From an uncultured Roseburia sp. (lineage in GTDB: Bacteria; Bacillota; Clostridia; Lachnospirales; Lachnospiraceae), in contig CANRYS010000020.1 of assembly GCA_947644305.1 (NCBI GenBank), positions 23,456 to 55,455 on the forward strand: a stretch of DNA of 32,000 nt, read 5' to 3'. Position numbers and translations under genes: made by a program. A model generated the notes under the pieces. That model was not told the DNA's origin. It saw only the letters and a program-made list of their open reading frames with translations, and did not search any database. How positions within the stretch are numbered: the stretch's first letter is position 1; each line of letters opens with the position of its first letter. This document shows positions 8,160 to 16,157 of this stretch, piece after piece.

Positions 8160-9998
8160 TCAAGCATAATACTGTGCCTGCGCATTCCACATCTCATAAT
8201 AAAGTCCGTCCTCATCCCTGACCAGTTCCTCATGGCTTCCCTGCTGCACGATCTGACCGCCGTCAAACACGAGGATCTGATTGCAGAACCGGCAGCTTGA
8301 CATACGGTGTGAAATGTAAATGGCAGTCTTGTCCCCGACCAGTTTGTCAAAACTCTGGTAGATCTCATACTCTGAAACCGGGTCAAGCGCACTCGTCGGC
8401 TCATCAAGGATCACGAGCGGCGAATCTTTATACAGAGCGCGGGCAATCGCAATCTTCTGTGCCTCACCGCCGGAAATTTCGACTCCGTCCTCCTCCAGCT
8501 TATAAAGGCTCGTATGAATGTCCTTATCCAGTTTGCCGAGCCTCTCTGAAAATCCGGCTTTTTCCAGGCATTCCCTCACGTTCTTTTCATCAAACTCTTT
8601 TGACACTGCCACATTTTCCGCAATAGAGAACGAAAACAGTTTGAAATCCTGGAAAACAACCGAAAACAACCGGATATACTCATTATAATCATAATACCGG
8701 ATGTCCACGCCATTCAGCAGGATCACTCCCTCAGTCGGGTCATACAGACGGCACAAAAGTTTGATAAAGGTCGATTTGCCTGCTCCATTTGGCCCGACCA
8801 GCGACATCTTCTTTCCCACCTTCAGCTTCATCGTAATGTGTTTCAGCACCGGCTCTGAACTGTTCGGATACGAAAAGGACACATCCCGGAACTCAAATTC
8901 GTATTCATTGTCGTCCCGTTTTTCAATCGGCAGGGTGCCATTATATTTTTCATTCTCGATGCCCATAAACTCCTCGAAATAGGCGAGGTACTGGGCACAA
9001 ATTGAAATCTCCATATAGGTTCTTACGACGCTTCCCAACGCCGCGCTGAATTTTGTGAATGCCCCCACATATCTTGCCACACTTCCGATACTGATCAGAC
9101 CAAGTCCTGCCTTCACGCCAACGTATATATAACTGGCAATCGTATAAACCGCACTGCCGCACTCATTCAGAAAAGAGTATTTCTCGATCCGCCTCCTCAT
9201 CTCCCTGAATACATTCCACATACTGCCGATATCCTGTTTAAACCTCTCGATGATCGTGTCCGCAAGATCATACATCCGCACATCCTTTCCTTTTCCATAA
9301 TTCGACGTATCCATCAGGAAGGACATGTAATAAAAATAGTGCCTGTTTGCATCCACATTGATATCGAACTCCTCCTTTTGGAGCGCTCCCATCCGCCGCT
9401 GGCTCCACCCGAGAAGAATAAGCTGGCCGACTAAAATAAGATTTAGCGCCAAACTCCCGAAATGTGACTGGATAAATCCAAAAAAGGGCGAAACCCGGGC
9501 ATCTCCCACGGCAAAGAACACTGGAACAAATAACACTGCTGCGTAGATCATATCCGCCACGACACCGATCATATTGGCAAGTCTGTCGCAAAAAACAGTA
9601 ATGTCTCCAATTGAATTCATCCCCTCCCTTGCCTTATGGATGCCCTCAAGGGTTTCTTTCTTTTCCAGTATTTCATAATCAAGCGTTAACCCTTTTTCAG
9701 AAATCATTTTCTGAATCTGTTCTGCCAGTAAATACTTCCTTACGTTGATAAGCTTGTCGAGACCCCAGCACAACATGTTCAGAATAAAATTCAATCCGAT
9801 CATCCACAACGCATACTGGAATATTTCGTCAAATTGTTTTTTTTGCAACAGGGCATCAATGATAATACTGCTGCCAACGATATTTACATATGGGATTGCC
9901 GCACCGGATAATTTCATGAGTACGAGCAGCGGCAAAAAACTCGGACATAACCTGTGTACTGTTTTCAGTACAAGATGAACTGCTTTTCTGTTTTTCAT
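8160..9998 (-). CDS. ABC transporter ATP-binding protein/permease (fused TMD-NBD exporter half-transporter)
   Basis: 612 aa with a hydrophobic N-terminal half. Walker A GPNGAGKST, signature ISGGEAQK, Walker B LVILDEPTSALD, H-loop YISHR. Its ATG overlaps the upstream stop (ATGA at 9995-9998). Confidence 0.9.
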   Translation of the reverse strand: MKNRKAVHLVLKTVHRLCPSFLPLLVLMKLSGAAIPYVNIVGSSIIIDALLQKKQFDEIFQYALWMIGLNFILNMLCWGLDKLINVRKYLLAEQIQKMISEKGLTLDYEILEKKETLEGIHKAREGMNSIGDITVFCDRLANMIGVVADMIYAAVLFVPVFFAVGDARVSPFFGFIQSHFGSLALNLILVGQLILLGWSQRRMGALQKEEFDINVDANRHYFYYMSFLMDTSNYGKGKDVRMYDLADTIIERFKQDIGSMWNVFREMRRRIEKYSFLNECGSAVYTIASYIYVGVKAGLGLISIGSVARYVGAFTKFSAALGSVVRTYMEISICAQYLAYFEEFMGIENEKYNGTLPIEKRDDNEYEFEFRDVSFSYPNSSEPVLKHITMKLKVGKKMSLVGPNGAGKSTFIKLLCRLYDPTEGVILLNGVDIRYYDYNEYIRLFSVVFQDFKLFSFSIAENVAVSKEFDEKNVRECLEKAGFSERLGKLDKDIHTSLYKLEEDGVEISGGEAQKIAIARALYKDSPLVILDEPTSALDPVSEYEIYQSFDKLVGDKTAIYISHRMSSCRFCNQILVFDGGQIVQQGSHEELVRDEDGLYYEMWNAQAQYYA

Positions 9999-11827
9999 AT
10001 GGATCCTCCTGCTTCCTGAAGATTTGCCTGATGCGCGCTTTCTTCTTTCCGATAATAGTGGCTCTGTATTTCAAACATTTTGGCGTAAGCTCCTTTCCTT
10101 GCAAGCAGTTCTTCATGGGTTCCCCGCTCCGTCATCTTTCCATTTTCCAAAAATAGAACTTCATCACAAAAACGGGTACTTGCGAGCCGATGGGATATAA
10201 ATATGGATGTCTTCTCCTTCGTCATTTCATTATATGTTTCGTAAATACGGCTTTCTGCTATCGGGTCAAGCGCACTTGTCGGCTCGTCTAAGATCAGACA
10301 TCTCCCATCTTTGTACAGCGCCCGGGCGATCAGAAGTTTCTGGAACTCCCCGCCCGAAAAATTAACGCCATCCCGCTCCAGCGTCTGGGTAATATACGTT
10401 TCCTCTTTCTTCTCCAAAGAAACGATCTTCTCCCATATATCTGCTTCCTTCAGGCACCGTCGTACCCTGTCCTCGTCGATATCCGCTTCTTTTCCTCCCG
10501 CGACATTCATCGCCACCGTAAAAGCAGACATAAAACCATCCTGGAATACCGGTGAGATCAGCTTACCGTACTCATCCATATCATAATCCCTCGTGCTGAT
10601 ACCATTGACAAGAACCTCCCCCTCTGTCGGCATATAAAAACCACATAACAGCTTAACGATCGTCGTCTTTCCGGCTCCATTATTTCCCACGAGCGCGGCC
10701 TTTTTTCCTGGCTCAATGCGAAAACTAAGATGGGACAAAATGTCCTCCCCGTCCTCTTCATAGCGGAATGTAACATCGCGAAACTCAATGGAAACCCCGG
10801 AAGACAGATCAGGCTTTTTCCCGTTTCCATGCCGGAACACATCCTGGGTATCCATTGCTTCAACATAATATCCCGTTTCTACATTTGTCTCCATCACCTG
10901 TGATAAGTGCGTAACCGCCTCATTCATCCAGACAGAAAAACCTGCCACGACGCCGACATAAAACGTAAACTGCGCCACGGATATGCTGCCGTCTAACACC
11001 ATACGGATCAAGATCATGTACATAACAAAATCCCGGATAAAATTTCCCACCTGCTCTCCCGCCGTCGGGAAGTACCAGTGCAGCTCCTGTTTAGCAATGA
11101 CGCGGCCCATTTTCCGAATCTGTTCATCAAAAATATCCCGAAACCATTTTTCCACATGATAGATCCGGATATCCTTCCCATATTCAAGGGAAATCCCCTG
11201 ATGTTCCAACATGGAATTGACGCGCGCTGCCTGATACCTCTCATCCGCCAGCTTACGCCAGAAAAGGATCGCATGCTTTTTCAAGAAGAATGTGGCAACC
11301 GTCGTAGCTGCTACGATGATCAGAATGCTCCAGTGCATGGAAAACATGATCGTTCCATAGGATAACAGGCCAAAAAAACCATAAAACAGCTCAAAGGAAT
11401 AACGGGCGAACCCCTCGACGCCCCGTCCATTACCCATGACGCTTTGCATGCCCCGGAACATCTTTTTCTGCTGAACTGCCGGCTCCAAATTACAAAAATC
11501 CATCGTCAGACATTTCCGCAATAAACGGGCGCAGAATTTATGAAGACGCATACCCATGATATTCAGGTCAAACCGATTTCCTAAATAGATACGCATTCCT
11601 GTCAGCAGCGTACTGGCGGCAAGCAGTGCACTGATCCCAAATACATATGCGCCCAGATCATCCTGCGTCAGCAGCTCAATTGCAACCGCTGGTATCGCAC
11701 TGAGTAAAAGAGGCGAAACAATACAGATCAGCGCATATAACGGCATCTGCCAGCAGCTCCGCCTGTTATATCGGAACAACTCCCGAAATACCATACTAAA
11801 GGTTTTCAATATCCGCTTGGTGCTCAT
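9995..11827 (-). CDS. ABC transporter ATP-binding protein/permease (partner half-transporter)
   Basis: 610 aa. Walker A GNNGAGKTT, degenerate signature FSGGEFQK, Walker B LILDEPTSALD, H-loop FISHR. Translationally coupled to 8160-9998. No N-terminal C39 peptidase domain. Confidence 0.9.
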   Translation of the reverse strand: MSTKRILKTFSMVFRELFRYNRRSCWQMPLYALICIVSPLLLSAIPAVAIELLTQDDLGAYVFGISALLAASTLLTGMRIYLGNRFDLNIMGMRLHKFCARLLRKCLTMDFCNLEPAVQQKKMFRGMQSVMGNGRGVEGFARYSFELFYGFFGLLSYGTIMFSMHWSILIIVAATTVATFFLKKHAILFWRKLADERYQAARVNSMLEHQGISLEYGKDIRIYHVEKWFRDIFDEQIRKMGRVIAKQELHWYFPTAGEQVGNFIRDFVMYMILIRMVLDGSISVAQFTFYVGVVAGFSVWMNEAVTHLSQVMETNVETGYYVEAMDTQDVFRHGNGKKPDLSSGVSIEFRDVTFRYEEDGEDILSHLSFRIEPGKKAALVGNNGAGKTTIVKLLCGFYMPTEGEVLVNGISTRDYDMDEYGKLISPVFQDGFMSAFTVAMNVAGGKEADIDEDRVRRCLKEADIWEKIVSLEKKEETYITQTLERDGVNFSGGEFQKLLIARALYKDGRCLILDEPTSALDPIAESRIYETYNEMTKEKTSIFISHRLASTRFCDEVLFLENGKMTERGTHEELLARKGAYAKMFEIQSHYYRKEESAHQANLQEAGGSI

Positions 11828-11844
11828 GTTTATTCTCCCTTCTC

Positions 11845-11862
11845 ACAGAACTTTAGTTCTGT
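11845..11862. promoter_or_regulatory. Perfect inverted repeat ACAGAAC-TTTA-GTTCTGT in the ABC-operon upstream region
   Basis: Seen directly. It sits about 17 nt upstream of the ABC start codon, between the kinase terminator and the SD. Could be an operator or a 5'-UTR hairpin. Confidence 0.3.
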
Positions 11863-11897
11863 TGGAACTATCTTATTGACAGTGTAACATTATTTTT

Positions 11898-11949
11898 TAA
11901 AAAAAGACGCTTTATGCACGAATGGTAAAAATCCGTACATAAAACGTCT
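11898..11949 (-). terminator. Intrinsic terminator after the histidine kinase gene
   Basis: Minus-strand AGACGUUUUAUG...CAUAAAGCGUCU stem (12 bp, one G.U), followed by UUUUUUU. Confidence 0.6.
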
Positions 11950-11953
11950 TCTA

Positions 11954-12676
11954 TTAAAGCGGCAACATGATTTCCGTGACAAACACTCCCGGTTCATTTT
12001 TCCGGTTAATAAAGCCCTGATTTTTTTCCACGATATTGTCGATCCTCTTTAGCCCGTGCCCGTGATTTCCCCACTTACCGCTCACAAATTCATGATCGTG
12101 TTTTCGTTCCTTCTCATTCGTAGAATTCATGACCGAGATGTATAGCTGCTCTTTAAAAAGACCGATATAGATCCGGAGAAACTTCTTCTCAGAAGGGCTC
12201 ATCTTTTCACATGACTCCAGGCTGTTATCCACGAGATTCCCGATGATCACACAGAGATCAACATCACTGACCGAAAGTTCCTTTGGCACCTTTGCCTTGC
12301 AGTTGATCTCAATGTCCTTATCCGACGCCACGGAAAGTTTGCTGTTCAAAATCGCGTCCACACTTACATTCCCCGTCCGGTACGCGATGTCGATCGTATC
12401 CAGATCCTCTTCCAGCCGGTTTAAATACTCTGTTACTTCCTGAAACTGCCCGAGTGCCAAATGCGCCTTGATCGTCTGCATATGATTATGGTAATCGTGC
12501 CGCCACCCGCGCATCGTCTTATAAATGTTCTGTACTTCCTCTCGCTGGGTTTTAAGGATCTTATCCTGGTAGTCACCAAACGACTCCTCTTCCCTCTTTC
12601 TTACTACATAAGTAGTAATAATTACCGCCAGCACTACTGTCAAAATCCAGACAGCAATTCCAACGCCCATCTGCAC
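11954..12676 (-). CDS. Sensor histidine kinase, GHKL domain (LytTR-associated HPK10/SpoOB-type), single N-terminal TM helix
   Basis: 240 aa. TM segment GVGIAVWILTVVLAVIITTYVV, H-box RHDYHNHMQTI, N-box GNLVDNSLES, G-box GHGHGLKRI. The track start is a GTG at 12676; an ATG at 12670 is an alternative. Confidence 0.8.
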   Translation of the reverse strand: MQMGVGIAVWILTVVLAVIITTYVVRKREEESFGDYQDKILKTQREEVQNIYKTMRGWRHDYHNHMQTIKAHLALGQFQEVTEYLNRLEEDLDTIDIAYRTGNVSVDAILNSKLSVASDKDIEINCKAKVPKELSVSDVDLCVIIGNLVDNSLESCEKMSPSEKKFLRIYIGLFKEQLYISVMNSTNEKERKHDHEFVSGKWGNHGHGLKRIDNIVEKNQGFINRKNEPGVFVTEIMLPL

Positions 12677-12682
12677 GTTCCA

Positions 12683-13411
12683 TCATTCCCTTCGGTTATT
12701 GTAATACCGGATAAACGCCTCATTTACCGCTTTATACTGACTTCTGCTGACCGGTACGTGCGCGCCGTTATCAAGTATGCACTCGGTCTTTCCGACACGC
12801 GAGACCCGGCATAAATTAACAAGTACGCCCCTCCTTGTCATCACAAATCCGTGCTCTTCAAACAAGGCCTGTACGCTGCCAAAGCTTGATTTCCACTGCA
12901 CCTTCTGATCCCCGTAAGCCATTTGCACATAATGCCCCTGTGATTCTACGTACCAAATATCCCGAAACGGAATCTTCTGTATATTCGTCCCCGTTTCCAG
13001 CAAAAAACATTCTACACTTGTCTTATTCTGTTTTTCCGCCACCTCGTCCATAATGAGGAAAAACTCATTCTCTCTGACCGGCTTCAACAAATACCGGACA
13101 GCTCCCACTTCATATCCCTCGATCGCGTAGTCCTTTACACCGGTCAGAAAAAGAATGGCCGCCTGGGAATCCGCCGCCCGGATCTTTCTCGCCAGTTCCA
13201 TGCCGTTCATTTTCCCCATCTGTATATCCAGGATATACACCTGATAGGGAAGATCCCCGTCAAACGAATACATCAGCTGTTCGGCGCTGACATATCCGGT
13301 CGTTTCACACGGAATCCCTTTTTCCTCCGCCCACTGTTCTACCAGTGCACAGATGTAATCCCGCTGCGCGTCCTCATCCTCACAAACGGCAATCTTCAGC
13401 CATTCCGGCAT
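12683..13411 (-). CDS. LytR/AlgR (LytTR) family response regulator
   Basis: 242 aa. Receiver domain (IAVCEDED...ILDIQMGKMNG...LTG), then a C-terminal LytTR-type domain (IWYVESQGHYVQM...RRGVLVNL). Confidence 0.9.
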   Translation of the reverse strand: MPEWLKIAVCEDEDAQRDYICALVEQWAEEKGIPCETTGYVSAEQLMYSFDGDLPYQVYILDIQMGKMNGMELARKIRAADSQAAILFLTGVKDYAIEGYEVGAVRYLLKPVRENEFFLIMDEVAEKQNKTSVECFLLETGTNIQKIPFRDIWYVESQGHYVQMAYGDQKVQWKSSFGSVQALFEEHGFVMTRRGVLVNLCRVSRVGKTECILDNGAHVPVSRSQYKAVNEAFIRYYNNRRE

Positions 13412-13437
13412 CCTGCATCCCCTCCGAAGTTCCTCCC

Positions 13438-13584
13438 TCAGTCTTTATACAGCGCATAATAATCCGCTTCCATATTGGAAGCATTTCTCTCATAAAATTT
13501 CTTTGCGTCATCCATGATCAAAAATGGCTTTTCTCCCGGATACATCGCATCGACGAACGCCATCCTCAGACAGATCCCCATCAT
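13438..13584 (-). CDS. Possible 48-aa ORF in the leader of the two-component operon (MMGICLRMAFVDAMYPGEKPFLIMDDAKKFYERNASNMEADYYALYKD)
   Basis: Below the ORF-track cutoff. Weak SD (AGGA, very short spacing). Its stop overlaps the regulator's SD. Could be a gene remnant. Confidence 0.2.
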   Translation of the reverse strand: MMGICLRMAFVDAMYPGEKPFLIMDDAKKFYERNASNMEADYYALYKD

Positions 13585-13646
13585 ATCCTGATACACCGTA
13601 CCTGAATCCGTGGACTTAAATTGCCATGAACCTGTGTAACACTTAC

Positions 13647-13675
13647 ATTATAAGGGGATTTCCCGATATTGGCAA
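13647..13675 (-). promoter_or_regulatory. Sigma-70-type promoter for the LytTR two-component operon
   Basis: Minus strand TTGCCA-17 nt-TATAAT. The spacer contains the palindrome GGGAAATCCC. Confidence 0.55.
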
Positions 13676-13679
13676 CCAT

Positions 13680-13714
13680 ATTTTTTTGAACCATCAGGTG
13701 CCGATTTTTCAACC
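13680..13714 (-). promoter_or_regulatory. Direct repeat GGTTGAAAAAT / GGTTCAAAAAAAT, 22 bp start-to-start, just upstream of the -35
   Basis: Seen directly. The roughly two-helical-turn register and GTT core recall LytTR direct-repeat sites, but the match to the AgrA consensus is loose. Confidence 0.3.
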
Positions 13715-13762
13715 CTCATAGAAAGTAAGGTCAGAGGGACGAAATAATCCCCCCTTTATTGC

Positions 13763-15838
13763 TTACATTTCCACCAGTTGGGAATCATGCTTTTTAAAGA
13801 AATCTACTCTCGGTTCCAGATACTTGAGTTTGTGACTCTCCACGTCTGCAACATAAGATGAAATTGGCTCCAGTATATGACTCCAATCCCACAATTCTTC
13901 TCCTAAATTTAGATATTCCCGAAACATTTCACATCCTTCCGGTGCAATTGGATGAATTAGTATTGCCATAACCTTACAAGCATAAAAACAATCAATAACA
14001 AGCCGTTTTCTAAATTCCGCATTATTCGTGGCATCTGCAATCTTTACATTGTTTACCCAATGCTTGTTTACCCTCCGGATAAAATCATCTAAAACATAGG
14101 AGATACGATGAAACTCATGGTTATACATATAACGTTCATAATCAAGAACCGTTTTCTCTGTCATAAGCCGTATTTGTTCACTCACACCGCCCTTAGGAAT
14201 CTTCCCGTCACAATTATTCTGAATCGCATAGAAGCAGGTCCGGATTAGCCGGTTAAATACATTGGTTATTAAATTACCATCTTTCAGAACCATATCTGCA
14301 CCAACCCTGTCTTCCTCTTTCATAAATACCTGCGGTTTAAAACCTACACTTTTGGAAGACAGACCTAGACTCATAAAATGCATTCGCAACTGATCCTTGG
14401 TGTAATAATGAAGCAATTCATCTGCCGTAGGAGGCTTACATTCGGAACTGCTGCTGGCTTTTGTATCCATATACAATAAATGTCGATTGGCTATAATATG
14501 AGATAAGTATACTGTCTCCATATCCGGGACTTCCCCTCTGGGAACTTGTAATCCTGTAAATAACCCTGTCTGAGCGATGGCATAAAAATAAATGTTATCT
14601 TCTCCAATAAACTGATAAACCTTAGATTCCTCATCATACCACCACTTAGATAAGTCAGATTCTTTTCCTTGCTCTTTCAAATATGCCAAAGTAAAGGAAA
14701 TCGGCGCCCACAGCGATTCCGGCCATACCCAGAAGGTGAGGTCTTTTAATTCTTCACACTCCGGGAATGGTATCCCCCATTCTACATTACCTGACAGCCG
14801 GAAGGGAACCAGTGTCTTTCCGGGAGTATAATGAATGTTGCTGGCCTCCAATACATTTTTAGCCTTGTCACGGTCATCCAGATTTTCAAATTCAAACACA
14901 ACAGACGGTTTCTTTTCCTCATTGATACATTTATGAGAGGGGAGCTTCGCTGCCAATTCTGTCAGGTCCCCTACATACTTTCTTGGTACATATAGTAAGG
15001 GTTTTTTCAAAAATTCTTCTACGGTTTTTAACTGATACTTACGCGTATTCGTATTTTTCCGCAAGAAATCATTATATTCCTTTACTGCATCAATACAATA
15101 TTCTAAATCGAAATACCAGTTTTCCACATCCCTGAGGACAGGTTTTTTATTTGACAAGCAACTGACAGGATTGATAAGTTCCGAAGGCAAAAACTGATGT
15201 CCTAATGAACACTCATCGGCATATGCTTTTTCCGAAGTGCATCCCGGTATAGGACATTTCCCTGTTACCTGTCTTCCGTTTAAAAATATTTTTTTCTCTT
15301 CATCATAAAACTGAGGCATGGACATTTTCTTTACATATCCATTTTTGTATAAAGTATGAAACACTTCCGCGGATACCTGTTTGTGAACCGAACCTGCTTC
15401 TCCCAGAGCCGATGCGCCAAAGAAATCTAAACTGATACCATAGTTTTCCAAGGTTTTCTTCTGATCCTCATGGTTGACACGTACATAATCTTCCAAAGTA
15501 CCTTCATACCCTGCTTCCCGCAGCTTGCGATGGCTTTCCATGATAGGAGAACCATAACAATCTGTTCCTGAAAGAAAGATAACATTGTCTTTTCCGATTC
15601 GGTCTCTTAAAAATCGCGCAAAAATATCTGCATGTATAAACATACCACCTACATGTCCAAAATGTAAACTTTTATTTCCATAAGGCATACCTGCCGTAAT
15701 AATTGCCCGCTTAGGAAATACCGGGCGTTCATTTGATGCTAACCGCTTACATATCATATTATTTTGTTCCTTTCTGTTATTCATTTTAGTTATCACCTGC
15801 TTCCCCTTTTGTTGGGGAAGCTCTGACTGTTCCGGCAT
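13763..15838 (-). CDS. Methionyl-tRNA synthetase-like class I aminoacyl-tRNA ligase family protein (divergent MetRS2/E. coli-type paralogue)
   Basis: 691 aa. MPYGNKSLHFGH (HIGH region), DCYGSPIM, zinc-knuckle region GKCPIPGCTSEKAYADECSLGHQF, and WVWPESLWAPISF and QFIGEDNIYFY all line up by eye with E. coli MetG. The KMSKS position reads KASSS (14447-14461). AAGGAGG SD lies 7 nt before the ATG at 15836-15838; in-frame ATGs at codons 19 and 28 are alternative starts. Confidence 0.75.
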   Translation of the reverse strand: MPEQSELPQQKGKQVITKMNNRKEQNNMICKRLASNERPVFPKRAIITAGMPYGNKSLHFGHVGGMFIHADIFARFLRDRIGKDNVIFLSGTDCYGSPIMESHRKLREAGYEGTLEDYVRVNHEDQKKTLENYGISLDFFGASALGEAGSVHKQVSAEVFHTLYKNGYVKKMSMPQFYDEEKKIFLNGRQVTGKCPIPGCTSEKAYADECSLGHQFLPSELINPVSCLSNKKPVLRDVENWYFDLEYCIDAVKEYNDFLRKNTNTRKYQLKTVEEFLKKPLLYVPRKYVGDLTELAAKLPSHKCINEEKKPSVVFEFENLDDRDKAKNVLEASNIHYTPGKTLVPFRLSGNVEWGIPFPECEELKDLTFWVWPESLWAPISFTLAYLKEQGKESDLSKWWYDEESKVYQFIGEDNIYFYAIAQTGLFTGLQVPRGEVPDMETVYLSHIIANRHLLYMDTKASSSSECKPPTADELLHYYTKDQLRMHFMSLGLSSKSVGFKPQVFMKEEDRVGADMVLKDGNLITNVFNRLIRTCFYAIQNNCDGKIPKGGVSEQIRLMTEKTVLDYERYMYNHEFHRISYVLDDFIRRVNKHWVNNVKIADATNNAEFRKRLVIDCFYACKVMAILIHPIAPEGCEMFREYLNLGEELWDWSHILEPISSYVADVESHKLKYLEPRVDFFKKHDSQLVEM

Positions 15839-15873
15839 AGTATACCTCCTTTCCTAATCCCTTAAAATATGAC

Positions 15874-15914
15874 AAAATAAAAGCGGTCAAAAACTCGTAT
15901 CGAGCTTTCGACCG
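15874..15914 (-). terminator. Strong intrinsic terminator inside the 5' leader of the MetRS-like gene (attenuator)
   Basis: Minus strand CGGUCGAAAGCUCG-AUA-CGAGUUUUUGACCG (14 bp including G.U pairs), followed by CUUUUAUUUU. Lies about 35 nt upstream of the SD. Confidence 0.6.
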
Positions 15915-15946
15915 TTTGGTTCATATTAACTAGGATAAGCCACTTA

Positions 15947-16039
15947 TTATGAACACAATCCAAAAAGCCCGTTATCAATTTTGACAATAGGCTGCTGTTG
16001 CTGGTTCATTTTGTTCATGGTAATTAAAAGTTTAATCAT
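15947..16039 (-). CDS. 30-codon upstream ORF in the MetRS-like leader (MIKLLITMNKMNQQQQPIVKIDNGLFGLCS, double TAA stop)
   Basis: AAGGA about 11 nt upstream of the ATG at 16037-16039. Three Met codons, two within codons 8-11. Translation is unproven. Confidence 0.3.
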   Translation of the reverse strand: MIKLLITMNKMNQQQQPIVKIDNGLFGLCS

Positions 16040-16070
16040 GGGCTTATCTTTCCTTTGTTTTGTGTAATTT

Positions 16071-16099
16071 ATTTTAACAGTATATATTTTAGTTGTCAA
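16071..16099 (-). promoter_or_regulatory. Sigma-70-type promoter for the MetRS-like leader
   Basis: Minus strand TTGACA-17 nt-TAAAAT. Confidence 0.55.
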
Positions 16100-16157
16100 T
16101 ATGAATATTTTTTTCAATACTATTTACTTATAATTACTACAATATCATCACTTTCCT

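Noticed and set aside
8057-8407. 116-aa minus-strand ORF overlapping the 3' end of the ABC transporter gene
   Set aside because: It is out of frame with, and largely contained in, the well-supported ABC gene. It is an Arg/Ser/Cys-rich shadow-frame translation with no SD.
13438-13584. AgrD-like or double-glycine pheromone precursor upstream of the LytTR system
   Set aside because: There is no AgrB-like gene, GG leader or amphipathic-N/acidic-C AgrD layout, and the ABC exporters lack a C39 peptidase domain. Kept only as a low-confidence ORF.
15839-16070. T-box or S-box (SAM-I) riboswitch in the MetRS-like leader
   Set aside because: I searched both strands by eye for the T-box core (GGGUGGUACCGCG, with UGGN opposite the tRNA NCCA end) and for the S-box CUUAUC..AGAG..GAGGGA..GCAACC blocks. 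Only a short GGCUUAUCC fragment is present, so neither family fits. An Infernal scan is still needed.
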